A stretch of 64,000 nt of DNA from an uncultured Alphaproteobacteria bacterium (GCA_963742085.1 CAVUKM010000015.1:139113-203112); one strand, 5' to 3'. Counted from the stretch's first letter, positions 45,264 through 56,360 are shown. The notes: generated from the sequence alone by a model not told the origin. Made by a program: numbers and translations.

Positions 45264-46235
45264 ATGTCGAACCGATTTGTCCGCGAGCTAACCCTCCGTC
45301 AGTTGCGCGCGCTGGCGACCGTTCAGAAGACCCGATCAGTGACGGCCGCGGCCAATCAGCTGCATCTCACCCAGCCGGCCGTCACCCTTCAGCTTCGCAA
45401 TTTGCAGGAGCTTGCGGGACTGCCGCTGATCCAGCGCACCGGCGACGGCATGCTCTTGACCGATGCCGGCCGGGAGGTGCTTTCGCTTTGCGAGCGCATC
45501 GAAGCGGCGATTGCGGACTGCGCGACGTCACTGGAGATGATCGCAGGCAGAACCGCTGGCCGCATTTCGATCGGAGCCGTAAGCACCGCTAAATATTTCG
45601 TGCCGTTTGCGATCTCCGGTTTTTCCAAGCTGCATCCCGACATCGATATCAAGCTCACGATCGGCAACCGGCAGGAGACCGTCGAGGCGCTGCGGGGCTA
45701 TGAACTGGACTTCGCGATCATGGGCCGTCCTCCGACGGATATCGACATGGATGTACACCTGATCGGCGATCATCCTCATGTCATCGTCGCACCGACCGCC
45801 CATCCCCTCGCGCGGAAGCACCGCCTTGCGCTGGCCGACCTTGCCAACGAGACTTTTCTGACGCGGGAGCCCGGCTCCGGCACCCGCGGTTTGATGGAAA
45901 ACCTGTTCGAAACTGCCGGCGTGCGGCCGAAGATCGGCATGACGATGAGTAGCAACGAGACCATCAAGCAGGCCGTGATTGCCGGTCTTGGAATTGCTTT
46001 CATTTCCGCCCACACCGTGGCGACGGAGCTCGACGAGCGCCGCCTCGTGACGCTCGATGTCGAAGGCCTGCCCATCGTACGGCAATGGTTCGTGCTTTGC
46101 CGCAAGGATAAGGTGCTGATGCCGCCCGCGCGTGCGATGCTGGAATTCCTGAGCGCCAAAGGCGCCCGGTTTCTCCCGAGAACCCACGGCAGGATACGCC
46201 TGACTCGCCCATCGGCCCGCGCACGGCGACGATGA
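45264..46235 (+). CDS. cbbR: LysR-type regulator of the cbb operon
   Basis: TLRQL...HLTQPAVTLQL, STAKYFVP, REPGSGTR and SNETIKQAV; divergent from cbbF. Confidence 0.94.
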   Translation: MSNRFVRELTLRQLRALATVQKTRSVTAAANQLHLTQPAVTLQLRNLQELAGLPLIQRTGDGMLLTDAGREVLSLCERIEAAIADCATSLEMIAGRTAGRISIGAVSTAKYFVPFAISGFSKLHPDIDIKLTIGNRQETVEALRGYELDFAIMGRPPTDIDMDVHLIGDHPHVIVAPTAHPLARKHRLALADLANETFLTREPGSGTRGLMENLFETAGVRPKIGMTMSSNETIKQAVIAGLGIAFISAHTVATELDERRLVTLDVEGLPIVRQWFVLCRKDKVLMPPARAMLEFLSAKGARFLPRTHGRIRLTRPSARARRR

Positions 46236-46332
46236 GCGGGCAACCGCGGTCGCCCTGCCTCACCGCGCCTGAATGACGTCCTTTGTAAGCATCTGAGCCT
46301 AACCGGTTGTTATCTAACGACTTGAAGTGATT

Positions 46333-48751
46333 TCAGAATGTTGCCTTCAGGCCCGCGTAGAAGGCGCGTGGTCGCGCCGGACTGAGCGATCGAGGATCGG
46401 TGAACGGTGCGCCGCCATTGGCGAAATTGGGGACGGCTCCGGTATCGAAGAACGTTCCGTACGTCGCATAACGGTTGTCGAGGACATTGTCGGCCCGGGC
46501 GTAGATCTGGAACGTCTTGTCGATCTGGTAGGATCCATGCAGGTTGAAAACTGCGTAGGAAGGCACCCGCTGCGCCTGGTTGGATTCGTCGCCTACAAAA
46601 TACTGGCTGCTGATGAACAGCGCATCGCCGCCAACCTTGAGTGCATCGGTGATGGAATAGTCGATGCCGGCCTTGACCCGATTGCGGGGGATTGCCGGGA
46701 TCCGATTGCCCGGCAAAATCTGGACGTTCCCGTTGGCGTCGGCAAAGGGGCTGTTGGAGCCAACCTTCAGAGCGTCAAGAAAGCGCGCGTCGACGAGGGC
46801 ATAGCTGGCGTATAGCTGAACCACGTCTCGACTTCAGGGTGACTTCGGTCTCGATGCCCTGACGTCGCGTCGAACCGACGTTCTGGAAATAGCCAAATCC
46901 CTGAAGCAACGGACTTGGAATGGCCAGAATGTCATCGGTGTTGTTCGTGCGGAAAACCCCGGCCTTCCACCCGAGCGTGCCGATGTTCAGATCCTTGCTG
47001 CCGCGCAGGCCGGCCTCCTCCGTGCGGGCCACGACCTGCTTCAACGGCGGATCCGAGACGAGGAAAGCACCGATAATGCAGGGACGCGCCGGGTCGGCGC
47101 AGCCCAGTTCCAGCGGCGTGGGCGCGCGATTGGCTTCAGAATAGCCTGCATAGGCGCTCAAGCCGGGAACGATCTTGTAGGTAGCGCCGATCATCGGATT
47201 GAAACGGTTATAGGTATCATTGCCGTTGAGCGCGCTGCCAATCTGATCCTCAAGCGCGATATGCGCGACGTTAAAGCGGCCTCCCCCTGTGATCGAAAAT
47301 GCACTCGTGACGTCGAACGTATCGAGGACATAAAGCCCGCTGTACTGATTGGTGGCGCGAAGGTCGACCGGGCCGATCGATACCGGGTTGCCCGATTGCC
47401 CGAGAAATATTCCGCTGCCGCTGACGACAAAACCCGGACCAATCGTGCCCAGTTCCGCGCTGGCCGAGAAGTGCGTCACGCTGGAATCGAAACTGGCTCC
47501 GAGGACGAATTTGTTGGTATGCCCGAAGAGCTGCTCGGAGTTGGTGGCCTGCAGCGAGATACCCGTCGTCGTCGAGCGGGTGGTCGTTCGATCGTTCTCT
47601 CCCAAAACCGCGCCGGGAAAGGTATTGGCGAGCTGCGCGCCATTCAGGCCGTTAGCAGGGGCCACACCGTTGCCGAAGCAAAGCAGCGCCGGATCGGCGG
47701 TGCAAGGCTGCGTGCCGGTCGGATTGGCATCGAGGAGGTCCTGATCGTAAAGCCGCACATGCGCCGATCCTTCGATCGTCCAGGCCGGCGTGGCGTCGAC
47801 CTTCCCTGTCAGATTGACATAGCCAACGCGGTTGCTTGTCGTTTGCGGCGAGGTGTAGGTCGCACCCCAAAATTGCTGCAGCAGTTCGATCGGCGCTGTC
47901 GCGGTTGCGCCGAAATTGTTGTCGGCCGCACCCATATTGAGATGAAATTCGCTGGCATCATTTCTGTAACCAACATCGCCGTAAAAGCGGCGGACATTGG
48001 ATGCCGAGAAATTCCTGAATCCGTCGTCGTGCAGCCCTTCGATCGCGCCATAGACGGCAAACTGATCGTACTGCTTGCCCCACTGCGCCGAGCTTTGAAC
48101 ACGTCCGAAAGACCCGCCCATCGTGTCGATCTCGGTGCCGCGATAGTTGAAGCCGTTCTTCATCTGAACATTGATCGCTCCACCCAGCGCGTTAAGACCG
48201 AAGGCCGGATTATTGGTCACCACGGCCACCGACTGAATGGCCGCGGTCGGGATCAGATCCCAATTGACGGTGTCGCCGAACGCCTCGTTGATGCGCACCC
48301 CGTTCTGGTAAACCGCAAGTCCCTGGGGGGTGCCCGCCACCGGAGAAGCAACGAAGCCGCGAAATTGGACGTTGGGCTGAAACGGATTTCCCGAAACCTC
48401 GTTGACGACAACGCTCGGAACATATTGCTGCAGCGCAACCGCGATATTCGCCGACTGGACGCTACCAATCTGATTTGCATCAACAATGTTGACACTTGCC
48501 GGCACCTTGTCCACATCGATCCCCGAGCCCGACACCGGGGTAGTCGGGTACACTACCGGGGTTGGCGCTGGGTTGACGGCGCGCGTCGCATTGCGGGCGC
48601 GGGCCGGCTTGGGGTTTGTCGCCGTGCGAGAGACCACGATGGGGGGCAAGGTCTGGACGTCGCTGGGCTGGCTTTGGGCGCGCGCGGACCTGGTCCCCGG
48701 CGACAGGCCTAGCACTACCAAAACGCAAAACACGATCGATCGGGCGCCCAT
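46333..48751 (-). pseudogene. TonB-dependent outer-membrane receptor, frameshifted near 46825
   Basis: Signal peptide, plug region and C-terminal RAFYAGLKATF; the last ~160 aa are in another frame. Confidence 0.85.
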
Positions 48752-48845
48752 CCACCTCTTCCCATTTCGCTCCGGCTGTCGTGGCGGGCGCCGGTCAGGC
48801 GTGGGTGATACTAGTGTACCCAAAGGTTTCGTCTAGCTCAGGAAC

Positions 48846-48892
48846 TTGACTGAGAGAGAAGTGACGGTGCCTTGTTGACTGAGAGCGAAGTG
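48846..48892. repeat. 18-bp direct repeat pair upstream of the TonB receptor
   Basis: TTGACTGAGAGAGAAGTG (48846-48863) and TTGACTGAGAGCGAAGTG (48875-48892). Confidence 0.75.
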
Positions 48893-49129
48893 GGGCGGTC
48901 TTGCCGTTGTTCTCAGCGCGGGCTAATTGGATGAGTGGACCGCTCGTTGACAGTTAAAGTTGTGCCGAACGCCCGGTCGTCCGGTGGCGAGGCGGCAATT
49001 TTGATTGCAGCAGCAAAATAGCTGATCGCGATATCTGCCATCGCTTTGCCTCCGGGGTAAGGACGCGCGATCTAAGAATCGACAAGTTTGGCGTCGTGAA
49101 TCCCAGCGACGCCGGGAACCGCGAAAATC

Positions 49130-49975
49130 ATGACCTTGGAAACCGTTTCCCTGAACCGATCGCACGGCGGCACGCAGGGTGTCTACAGGCACGCCAGCCG
49201 CGAGACCGGTACGGACATGACCTTTTCGGTCTATGTTCCCCCGCATCAAGGCGGTGCGAAGCTCCCGGTCGTCTGGTATCTGTCGGGCTTGACCTGTACC
49301 CACGCCAACGTCACCGAGAAGGGCGAGTATCGCAAGACATGCGCCGAGCTGGGTTTGATTTTTGTCGCGCCCGACACCAGTCCCCGCGGCAAAGACGTAC
49401 CCGGCGATCCGGCTGGCGCCTATGATTTCGGGCTTGGCGCCGGCTTCTATGTCGACGCCACGCTGCCGCCGTTCTCGCAAAATTACCGCATGTGGAGCTA
49501 CGTGACCAATGAGCTGCCCGAACTGGTCGCCGCCAATTTCCCGGCCGATTTCAAACGGCAATCGATCCTCGGGCACTCGATGGGGGGCCACGGCGCGCTG
49601 ACGATAGCGCTCGCGCACCCCGACCGCTACCGCGCCGCCAGCGCCTTCTCGCCGATCGTCGCGCCCTCGCAAGTCCCCTGGGGTATCAAGGCGCTCGGAG
49701 GCTATCTCGGCGACAACAAGCAAGCATGGCGCAAGCATGATGCAATCGCGCTGATCGAGGACGGCGCCCGATTTTCAGATTTGCTGGTCGACATCGGCGA
49801 TGCCGATCCGTTTCTCGTCGAGCAACTCCGCCCGGAATTGCTGGAACGTGCATGCGCAAAGGCAGGTATACCTCTGAATCTGCGTCGGCAAAGCGGCTAT
49901 GACCACAGCTACTACTTCATTTCCACCTTCATGGCCGATCACCTGCGCTGGCATGCGGCGCGGCTCAAGGCATAG
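49130..49975 (+). CDS. fghA: S-formylglutathione hydrolase
   Basis: LSGLTCTH, APDTSPRG, GHSMGGHGA and YDHSYYF. Confidence 0.95.
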   Translation: MTLETVSLNRSHGGTQGVYRHASRETGTDMTFSVYVPPHQGGAKLPVVWYLSGLTCTHANVTEKGEYRKTCAELGLIFVAPDTSPRGKDVPGDPAGAYDFGLGAGFYVDATLPPFSQNYRMWSYVTNELPELVAANFPADFKRQSILGHSMGGHGALTIALAHPDRYRAASAFSPIVAPSQVPWGIKALGGYLGDNKQAWRKHDAIALIEDGARFSDLLVDIGDADPFLVEQLRPELLERACAKAGIPLNLRRQSGYDHSYYFISTFMADHLRWHAARLKA

Positions 49976-49991
49976 TCCCTCGCCCACCACC

Positions 49992-50290
49992 TCATTGCGG
50001 CGCGCCGCAATTGGGCCCGAGCAGCCGGTTAAGCGACAAATAGCTCATACCACGCGACCAGGAATCGTCGGTGTTGCTGCTAAAGTCGCGCTCATGGCCT
50101 TGATGAACTGTCCTGTATGCGCATCCCGCAAATAGATATTCATGTTGAGAATGAGGGCAGAGGCCTCTTGCACGACGCCGTTGATGCGAGATCCGCACCA
50201 AGCTCACGTGCATCCTGCAGATCACAGCCGCCACAAGCCTCCGGATTACCGGCGTGCGCCGCAGCATTGACCGGACCGAACATGCGCATA
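49992..50290 (-). pseudogene. DUF3280-like exported protein remnant
   Basis: ACGGCDLQDARELGAD, GVVQEASALILNMNIYLRD and NTDDSWSRGMSY are spread over three frames; no 5' end. Confidence 0.6.
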
Positions 50291-50399
50291 GTCGTGATCC
50301 GTGAACTCACCCAGCGGGTTGTATAAGGTAGTTTGGCCAAGTATCAAACCGGGACCAGCTCCACTACTGGCCGGCGGAAGAAACTCTCAGGGAGAAACA

Positions 50400-51587
50400 A
50401 TGATCCGGCTGCTTGTCGGTCTCGTCGTCGGCATAAGCGCGCTGGGTAGCAGCGCACTTGCGGCCGATCCGGTCGAAATCGGCATCGGCTATCTTCGCCG
50501 CGTCGGCGCAAAGCCGACATTGTCGCTGGTCGAACAGCCGACGGCAGATGACGGCGTTGCCGGCGCCCGGCTGGCGCTTGAAGACAACAACACGACCGGC
50601 AAGTTCCTGAATCAACATTTCACCCTCGAGGAGCTGCGGCTCAAGGAAGGTGACGACCCTGCCGCCGCGGCCAGGACGCTGGCCGACCGGAACATCGCTT
50701 TCATCATTGCCGACCTTCCCGCGGACGCGGTTCTGAAGGCCGCCGACGCCATCCGCGACCGCGGCGCGGTGTTGTTGAATGCCGGTGCGATCGACGATCG
50801 CCTGCGCGAGGAAGATTGCCGGCCCAACGTGATTCACGTTGCCCCGACACGTTCGATGCTGGCTGACGGCCTCGCTCAGTATCTCGTCTGGAAGCAGTGG
50901 AAGCGCTGGCTACTGGTGGTTGGCTCGCATGAGGAGGACAAGCTCTATGCGGAAGCACTGCGCCGCGCCGCCTCTCGCTTTGGCGCCAAGATCGTCCAGG
51001 AACGGGTCTTCGAGGATACGGGTGGCGCGCGGCGCACCGACAGCGGCGTGACGCTGATCCAGCGTCAGATGCCGGTATTCACTCAGCAGGCGCCCGCCTA
51101 CGACATTCTTGTCGCCTCCGATGAAAGTGAGGTCTTTGCCTCGTACCTGCCCTACCGGACCTGGGACCCGAGGCCGGTCGCGGGATCGGCCGGCCTGGTT
51201 CCGAAAAGCTGGGACGCCGCTCAGGACCAATGGGGCGCGGTGCAGATGCAAAACCGGTTCCTGAAGCTGAATTCCCGCCGCATGACACCCCTGGACATGC
51301 AGGCATGGACGGCGGCACGCATGATCGGCGAGGCAGCCTCGCGGGTGAATTCAGCCGATCGCGCGGCGTTGCTCGGTTTCCTCAAAGGACCGGATTTTTC
51401 CGTGGCGGCATTCAAGGGACAGCGGCTAACGCTGCGATCGTGGAACCTGCAGCTCCGTCAGCCTATTTTACTGGCGGATGGCCGCATGGTGGTTTCGGTG
51501 TCCCCGCAAGAGGGATTCCTGCACCAGGTCTCGGAACTCGATACGCTTGGCATGGATCAACCCGAAACCAGGTGCAAGCTGCACTGA
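50400..51587 (+). CDS. Periplasmic binding protein of the PQQ-dehydrogenase-associated ABC system (LutA/PedA2-like)
   Basis: Signal peptide; DNNTTGKFL, LADGLAQY and QWGAVQMQNRF; first gene of an ABC operon. Confidence 0.8.
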   Translation: MIRLLVGLVVGISALGSSALAADPVEIGIGYLRRVGAKPTLSLVEQPTADDGVAGARLALEDNNTTGKFLNQHFTLEELRLKEGDDPAAAARTLADRNIAFIIADLPADAVLKAADAIRDRGAVLLNAGAIDDRLREEDCRPNVIHVAPTRSMLADGLAQYLVWKQWKRWLLVVGSHEEDKLYAEALRRAASRFGAKIVQERVFEDTGGARRTDSGVTLIQRQMPVFTQQAPAYDILVASDESEVFASYLPYRTWDPRPVAGSAGLVPKSWDAAQDQWGAVQMQNRFLKLNSRRMTPLDMQAWTAARMIGEAASRVNSADRAALLGFLKGPDFSVAAFKGQRLTLRSWNLQLRQPILLADGRMVVSVSPQEGFLHQVSELDTLGMDQPETRCKLH

Positions 51588-51593
51588 CGTGCG

Positions 51594-52580
51594 ATGGAGA
51601 ATTACCGGATGTGGCATCGTTGCCTGCTCGTCGGAACTGCGCTTTGGTTTGCAGGCACCCTGCCCGCCCGCGCCTACGTCGCCTATGTGTCGAACGAAAA
51701 GAGCAACACCGTTTCGGTGATCGACACCGACAAGTGGGCCGTCATCAAGACGATCAAGGTTGGCCAGCGGCCGCGCGGGATCGAATTCACCCGGGACGGT
51801 AAGTTCGTGCTGGTTGCGGTTGGCGACGATGACACCATCCAGATGATCGATACCGCCACTCAGGAAGTCGCCGACACCCTGCCCTCCGGGCCAGATCCCG
51901 AACTGTTTGTTCAGGACAAGGCCGGCAAAATTCTCTATGTCGCCAACGAGAACGACAACACCGTCACCATCATCGATCTCGAAAAACGCGCGCGGATGGG
52001 CGACATTCAGGTCGGTGTCGAACCTGAAGGCATGGCGATCAGCCCGGATGGAAGATTTCTGATCAATACGTCCGAGACGACCAACATGGCTCATTTCATC
52101 GATACCCAGACGCGCCAGATCGTGGCCAATGTCCTGGTCGCGTCGCGGCCGCGTTTTGCCGAATTCAAGCGCGACGGCTCGGAATTGTGGGTTTCCTCGG
52201 AGATCGGCGGTACCGTGTCCATCATCGATCCGGTCAAGCATACGGTCGCGACAAAAATCACCTTCGATATTCCGGGTCTCCGCAAGGAAGCAATCCAGCC
52301 CGTGGGAATCAGTATCACCGCCGACGGCAAGACCGCATTTATCGCGCTCGGGCCCGCCAATCGGGTCGCCGTCGTTGATACCACCAGCCATACGGTCATA
52401 AAATATCTCCTGGTCGGGCAACGGGTCTGGCACATGGCCTTTACACCAGACGAAAAATGGCTCCTGGTCACGAACGGCATATCCAACGACGTGTCGGTCA
52501 TCGATGTTGCGGCGCTCAAGGTGATCAAGACCATTCAGGTCGGCGAACTGCCCTGGGGCATCACGATCGCGAAACAATGA
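51594..52580 (+). CDS. YVTN-type beta-propeller protein
   Basis: Repeated TVSVID...IKVGxxPxG units. Confidence 0.88.
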   Translation: MENYRMWHRCLLVGTALWFAGTLPARAYVAYVSNEKSNTVSVIDTDKWAVIKTIKVGQRPRGIEFTRDGKFVLVAVGDDDTIQMIDTATQEVADTLPSGPDPELFVQDKAGKILYVANENDNTVTIIDLEKRARMGDIQVGVEPEGMAISPDGRFLINTSETTNMAHFIDTQTRQIVANVLVASRPRFAEFKRDGSELWVSSEIGGTVSIIDPVKHTVATKITFDIPGLRKEAIQPVGISITADGKTAFIALGPANRVAVVDTTSHTVIKYLLVGQRVWHMAFTPDEKWLLVTNGISNDVSVIDVAALKVIKTIQVGELPWGITIAKQ

Positions 52581-53395
52581 TGACACCTGACATTTCCGCC
52601 GCCAGCGGCGAGGCAACCGGCCTTCACGATCGATCCCATCCGGAGGCTGCAGCTCTGGCGATCGAAGGCGTCAGCCACAGCTACGGCCCCCGCAAGGCGC
52701 TCGACAACGTCAGCTTCACCGTGGCGGCCGGCAGCTTTACGGCGCTCCTTGGCCTCAACGGCGCAGGCAAGAGCACGCTGTTTTCAATCGTCACGCGGCT
52801 CTTCGGCATGCAGACCGGACATATCCGTATTTTCGGCAACGATATCCAGCGCGAGCCCGGCGAGGCCCTGCGCCGAATGGGCGTGGTGTTTCAACCGCGC
52901 ACGCTGGACCTCGATCTCTCCGTCACGCAAAATCTACTCTATCATGCCGCCCTTCATGGTATCGACCGGCGCGAGGCGCGGATGCGTTCGGACGAAGTTT
53001 TGTCACGGATGGGTCTTGCCGACCGGCTCGGCAGCAAGGTGCGCGATCTCTCCGGCGGGCAAATGCGGCGACTGGAAATCGCGCGGGCACTTTTGCACCG
53101 GCCGCGTCTCCTGCTGCTCGACGAGGCGACGGTTGGACTGGACGTCAAGGCCCGGACCGAGATCCTCGGCCATGTGCGGGGGCTCGTAATTGAGAAAGGC
53201 ATCGGCGTGTTATGGGCCACGCATCTCTTCGACGAGATCAAGCCAAGCGATGATCTTGTCATCCTCCACCGGGGACGCATTCTCGCGGAAGGCAAGGTGG
53301 CGTGCATCGTCGCGAAAGCCAAGACGCGCGACCTGAATTCTGCGTTCGTAGAGTTGACCGAAACCGGTCCGGAATCCGAGGGCACCGTGCCATGA
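52577..53395 (+). CDS. ABC transporter ATP-binding protein
   Basis: GLNGAGKS, LSGGQ and LLDE. Confidence 0.93.
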   Translation: MMTPDISAASGEATGLHDRSHPEAAALAIEGVSHSYGPRKALDNVSFTVAAGSFTALLGLNGAGKSTLFSIVTRLFGMQTGHIRIFGNDIQREPGEALRRMGVVFQPRTLDLDLSVTQNLLYHAALHGIDRREARMRSDEVLSRMGLADRLGSKVRDLSGGQMRRLEIARALLHRPRLLLLDEATVGLDVKARTEILGHVRGLVIEKGIGVLWATHLFDEIKPSDDLVILHRGRILAEGKVACIVAKAKTRDLNSAFVELTETGPESEGTVP

Positions 53396-54240
53396 GCGCC
53401 GTGATCATACACGACAGGCCGGCGGGATTTTCGCTCGCGCAATATCTTGCCTGCATGAACGGTATCGTTTGGCGCGAGGGATTGCGCTTCGTACATCAGC
53501 GCGAACAATTCATCTCGGCGCTGGTACGACCGCTGGTATGGCTGTTCATCTTCGCCGCCGGCTTCCGCCAGGTGCTCGGCATTTCGATCATCCCGCCGTA
53601 CGAAACCTATATTCCCTACGAGGTCTACATTACGCCGGGGCTGATGGCGATGATCCAGCTCTTCAACGGCATGCAATCGTCGCTTTCGATGGTCTACGAC
53701 CGCGAGATGGGTAACATGCGCACCCTGTTGGTGAGCCCGCTGCCACGCTGGTACCTGCTGTTCTGCAAGCTTCTCGCAGGTGCTGCAGTCTCCGTCCTCC
53801 AGGTCTCCGCTTTCCTCCTGATCGCGTGGTTCTGGGACATTGAACCGCCGCCGATCGGCTATCTCACGGTGTTGCCCGCGCTTGCACTTTCCGGACTGAT
53901 GCTCGGAGCGCTGGGCATGCTGATCTCGTCCGGTATCAAGCAGCTGGAGAACTTTGCGGGTGTGATGAACTTCGTCATCTTCCCGATGTTCTTTGCTTCC
54001 TCCGCCCTTTACCCGCTATGGCGGGTGCAGGAGGGCAGCCCGATGCTTTATTACGTGTGCCTGCTCAATCCCTTTACCCATGCGGTCGAGCTGATTCGCT
54101 TCGCATTGTATGGAAAGATGAACTGGATTTCGCTGGCGGTTGTTGGCGGCTGTACGGCCGCCTTCATGATCGGCGCGATGCTCGCCTACGATCCGTCACG
54201 CGGGCTGAGCCGCCGCGGTCCCGCTGGAGGCGAGACATGA
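53392..54240 (+). CDS. ABC-2-type permease of the alcohol-dehydrogenase-associated system
   Basis: ALVRPLVWL, SMVYDREMG and NPFTHAVELIR. Confidence 0.88.
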   Translation: MSAVIIHDRPAGFSLAQYLACMNGIVWREGLRFVHQREQFISALVRPLVWLFIFAAGFRQVLGISIIPPYETYIPYEVYITPGLMAMIQLFNGMQSSLSMVYDREMGNMRTLLVSPLPRWYLLFCKLLAGAAVSVLQVSAFLLIAWFWDIEPPPIGYLTVLPALALSGLMLGALGMLISSGIKQLENFAGVMNFVIFPMFFASSALYPLWRVQEGSPMLYYVCLLNPFTHAVELIRFALYGKMNWISLAVVGGCTAAFMIGAMLAYDPSRGLSRRGPAGGET

Positions 54241-54851
54241 AATGGTTGACGACGCTCTGCGTGGTGGCTGCGGTGGCCGGGCCGATTGATCAAGGTTTCG
54301 CCGCCGATCCGCGCTATCCGGACTGGCCGTGCGCCCAGGCCAAGGTGCCGGAAGTCTCGCTTGCGGCGGTCTGGAACGGTCCCGCTCTCGATGACGCCAC
54401 AAGCAAGTGGAAGGATGATCCCAGGGTCAGCGCGCTCGTTCCACGATTGGCGGCGCGACGCACGCCGCTCGATCAGGCGGAGAAAACGATCGTCGAGTTT
54501 TTGTCGGAATCGGCCGCTGAAAAGAAAGACAGAGGCAAGCTTCTATTCGCCGGTCTGTTTGAAACGCTCAACGCCGAGCGCGCCACCGTGATGAATGGAC
54601 TTGAGCGCGTCACCCGAAAGCAGCGCGAAGCCGCCGAGAGGGTTCGCAGCGACACGCTGACGCTGCAGGCGCTGCAGGACGCGCCTGCCAAGGACCAGGC
54701 CAAGATAGATGAACTCGGCAACCAGCTGGTGTGGGAGACGCGGATTTTCGAAGACCGGCGGCGTGTCGTCAAATTCGTGTGCGAGGTACCGACCGCGATC
54801 GATCAACGGCTGTTTGCGTTGGGACGCGTGATCCAGCAGGAAGTGGAATAG
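54237..54851 (+). CDS. Exported hypothetical protein (position equivalent to lutG)
   Basis: Signal peptide; WPCAQ and FVCEVP motifs; start overlaps the permease stop. Confidence 0.75.
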   Translation: MKWLTTLCVVAAVAGPIDQGFAADPRYPDWPCAQAKVPEVSLAAVWNGPALDDATSKWKDDPRVSALVPRLAARRTPLDQAEKTIVEFLSESAAEKKDRGKLLFAGLFETLNAERATVMNGLERVTRKQREAAERVRSDTLTLQALQDAPAKDQAKIDELGNQLVWETRIFEDRRRVVKFVCEVPTAIDQRLFALGRVIQQEVE

Positions 54852-54891
54852 CACGCACGACGCACGGTCCCGCCCCTGCCCCTTCGGTGGG

Positions 54892-55467
54892 TTAACGCGG
54901 GAGCGATTTCTCCTCGTTGGCCCGCGGCTCCGGCTGTAAATCGGCGAGCGGCAAATCGGCACGCTGCCAGCCGTCCGTGCCTTCGGGATACCATGCGATG
55001 TTGGAATATCCGTAGGACATTGCCCGTTTTGCCGCGTTCCACGACATCCAGCAATCGGCCAGGCAGTAGATCACCAGAAGCTTCGCGCTATTGCCGCCGG
55101 AGGCGCGGACAAGGCCATTGCGCAGATAATCCTCGGTCGCCGGCGCCAGTGTTCCGTATCCCGTATCGGGCAGCCAGACGCTGCCGGGGATGTTTGACCT
55201 TGGCTTATCGCGCCAGACCGTACCGGCGGGAAGATTTGGCGGCTTCGGCGGACGCGGTAGCACATCGACGAAGGCGGCAGCCCCGGAACGCCAGACCGCT
55301 TCGGCCTGCCCGGTCGTAAGAACGCGGGCACCGGCGAGCGTTGCCGGCACCGTCGCCCGATAATTATCCGTGCGGTATCCCTCTGGCTCTGGAGGATTTT
55401 CCTGTGCGCGCCCAAACGCTGTCAGCGCGAGCATCGCCGCAATCAGGCTTGCAAGTGCTAACCTCAC
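54892..55467 (-). CDS. Exported rhodanese-like protein with a CxxCW motif
   Basis: YCLADCWMSWNAAKR and WYPEGTDGW. Confidence 0.85.
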   Translation of the reverse strand: MRLALASLIAAMLALTAFGRAQENPPEPEGYRTDNYRATVPATLAGARVLTTGQAEAVWRSGAAAFVDVLPRPPKPPNLPAGTVWRDKPRSNIPGSVWLPDTGYGTLAPATEDYLRNGLVRASGGNSAKLLVIYCLADCWMSWNAAKRAMSYGYSNIAWYPEGTDGWQRADLPLADLQPEPRANEEKSLPR

Positions 55468-56360
55468 GGCTGCTTCGCCGACATCTCCGCTGTGATCGGC
55501 CGATCGTTCTCGTCGAGCAACGGCACGCCGAAATCGAGCAATATCTTGTTGATCTCCGGCTGGTTCTCCTGAATCAAACGGTTGAGCACCCGTTTCCAGT
55601 TCTGATCAGACGGACGAACTCCCATGCCGATGCGGTAGATCAGCTTTGGCCCCGACGTTTCCTTGACCAGCGGCGTGACGTGCAACGGCGGATTGGCATG
55701 CTTGGCGTAATAGCCCGCCATCGGTCCCCACAGCACGCCGGCGTCAATCTCTCCCGCCGTCAAATCCTTGATCATCGTATCCACCGAGGAGTCGACGCGG
55801 GTGTCGATCATCAGCGGATAAGGCCTGGCATTGGCCATGAGGCCGTTGGCGGCCATGTTGGTGGCGGGCGGCGTGCCTGCGACGATGCCAAGACGTTTAC
55901 CCTTCAGGCGATCATCGCCGAGCGATGCGACGTCCTCCAGTCCGCTACCAGACTTGGCTACCAAAGCATAGGCCGTACGATAGTAGGGATTGGTGCCCTG
56001 GACGAGCTCATCGCCTTGCGGGAAACCCATGATGACGTCGCACCGATGAGCGGCCAGCGTCATTCGAACGAAACCGGTCGCCTGCGGAAAGTACATATAG
56101 TCGAGCTTCTTCTGCAGCTTTTCGGCGAACAGTTCAGCAAGCTTGTTCTCAAATCCCTCGCCCTTCTCGTCGGAAAATGGGAGATTGCGCGGGTCAGCAC
56201 ATACCCGCAAGACCTTGGGGTCGACCAGTTCGAATGACAGGTCTGCGTTGTCCGGCGGCTGCTGTGCCATAGCGGTTTCCCGGTCGCCCATTACCGCGGC
56301 GGCGATACAAAGCGCTGCAATCATCTGCCATCGGCGCAACGCGGTATTGTTCATCGTCAT
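55464..56360 (-). CDS. xoxJ: XoxJ/MxaJ-like periplasmic binding-fold protein
   Basis: LRVCADPRNLPFS...GFENKLA and TNPYYRT; adjacent to xoxF. Confidence 0.82.
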   Translation of the reverse strand: MTMNNTALRRWQMIAALCIAAAVMGDRETAMAQQPPDNADLSFELVDPKVLRVCADPRNLPFSDEKGEGFENKLAELFAEKLQKKLDYMYFPQATGFVRMTLAAHRCDVIMGFPQGDELVQGTNPYYRTAYALVAKSGSGLEDVASLGDDRLKGKRLGIVAGTPPATNMAANGLMANARPYPLMIDTRVDSSVDTMIKDLTAGEIDAGVLWGPMAGYYAKHANPPLHVTPLVKETSGPKLIYRIGMGVRPSDQNWKRVLNRLIQENQPEINKILLDFGVPLLDENDRPITAEMSAKQP

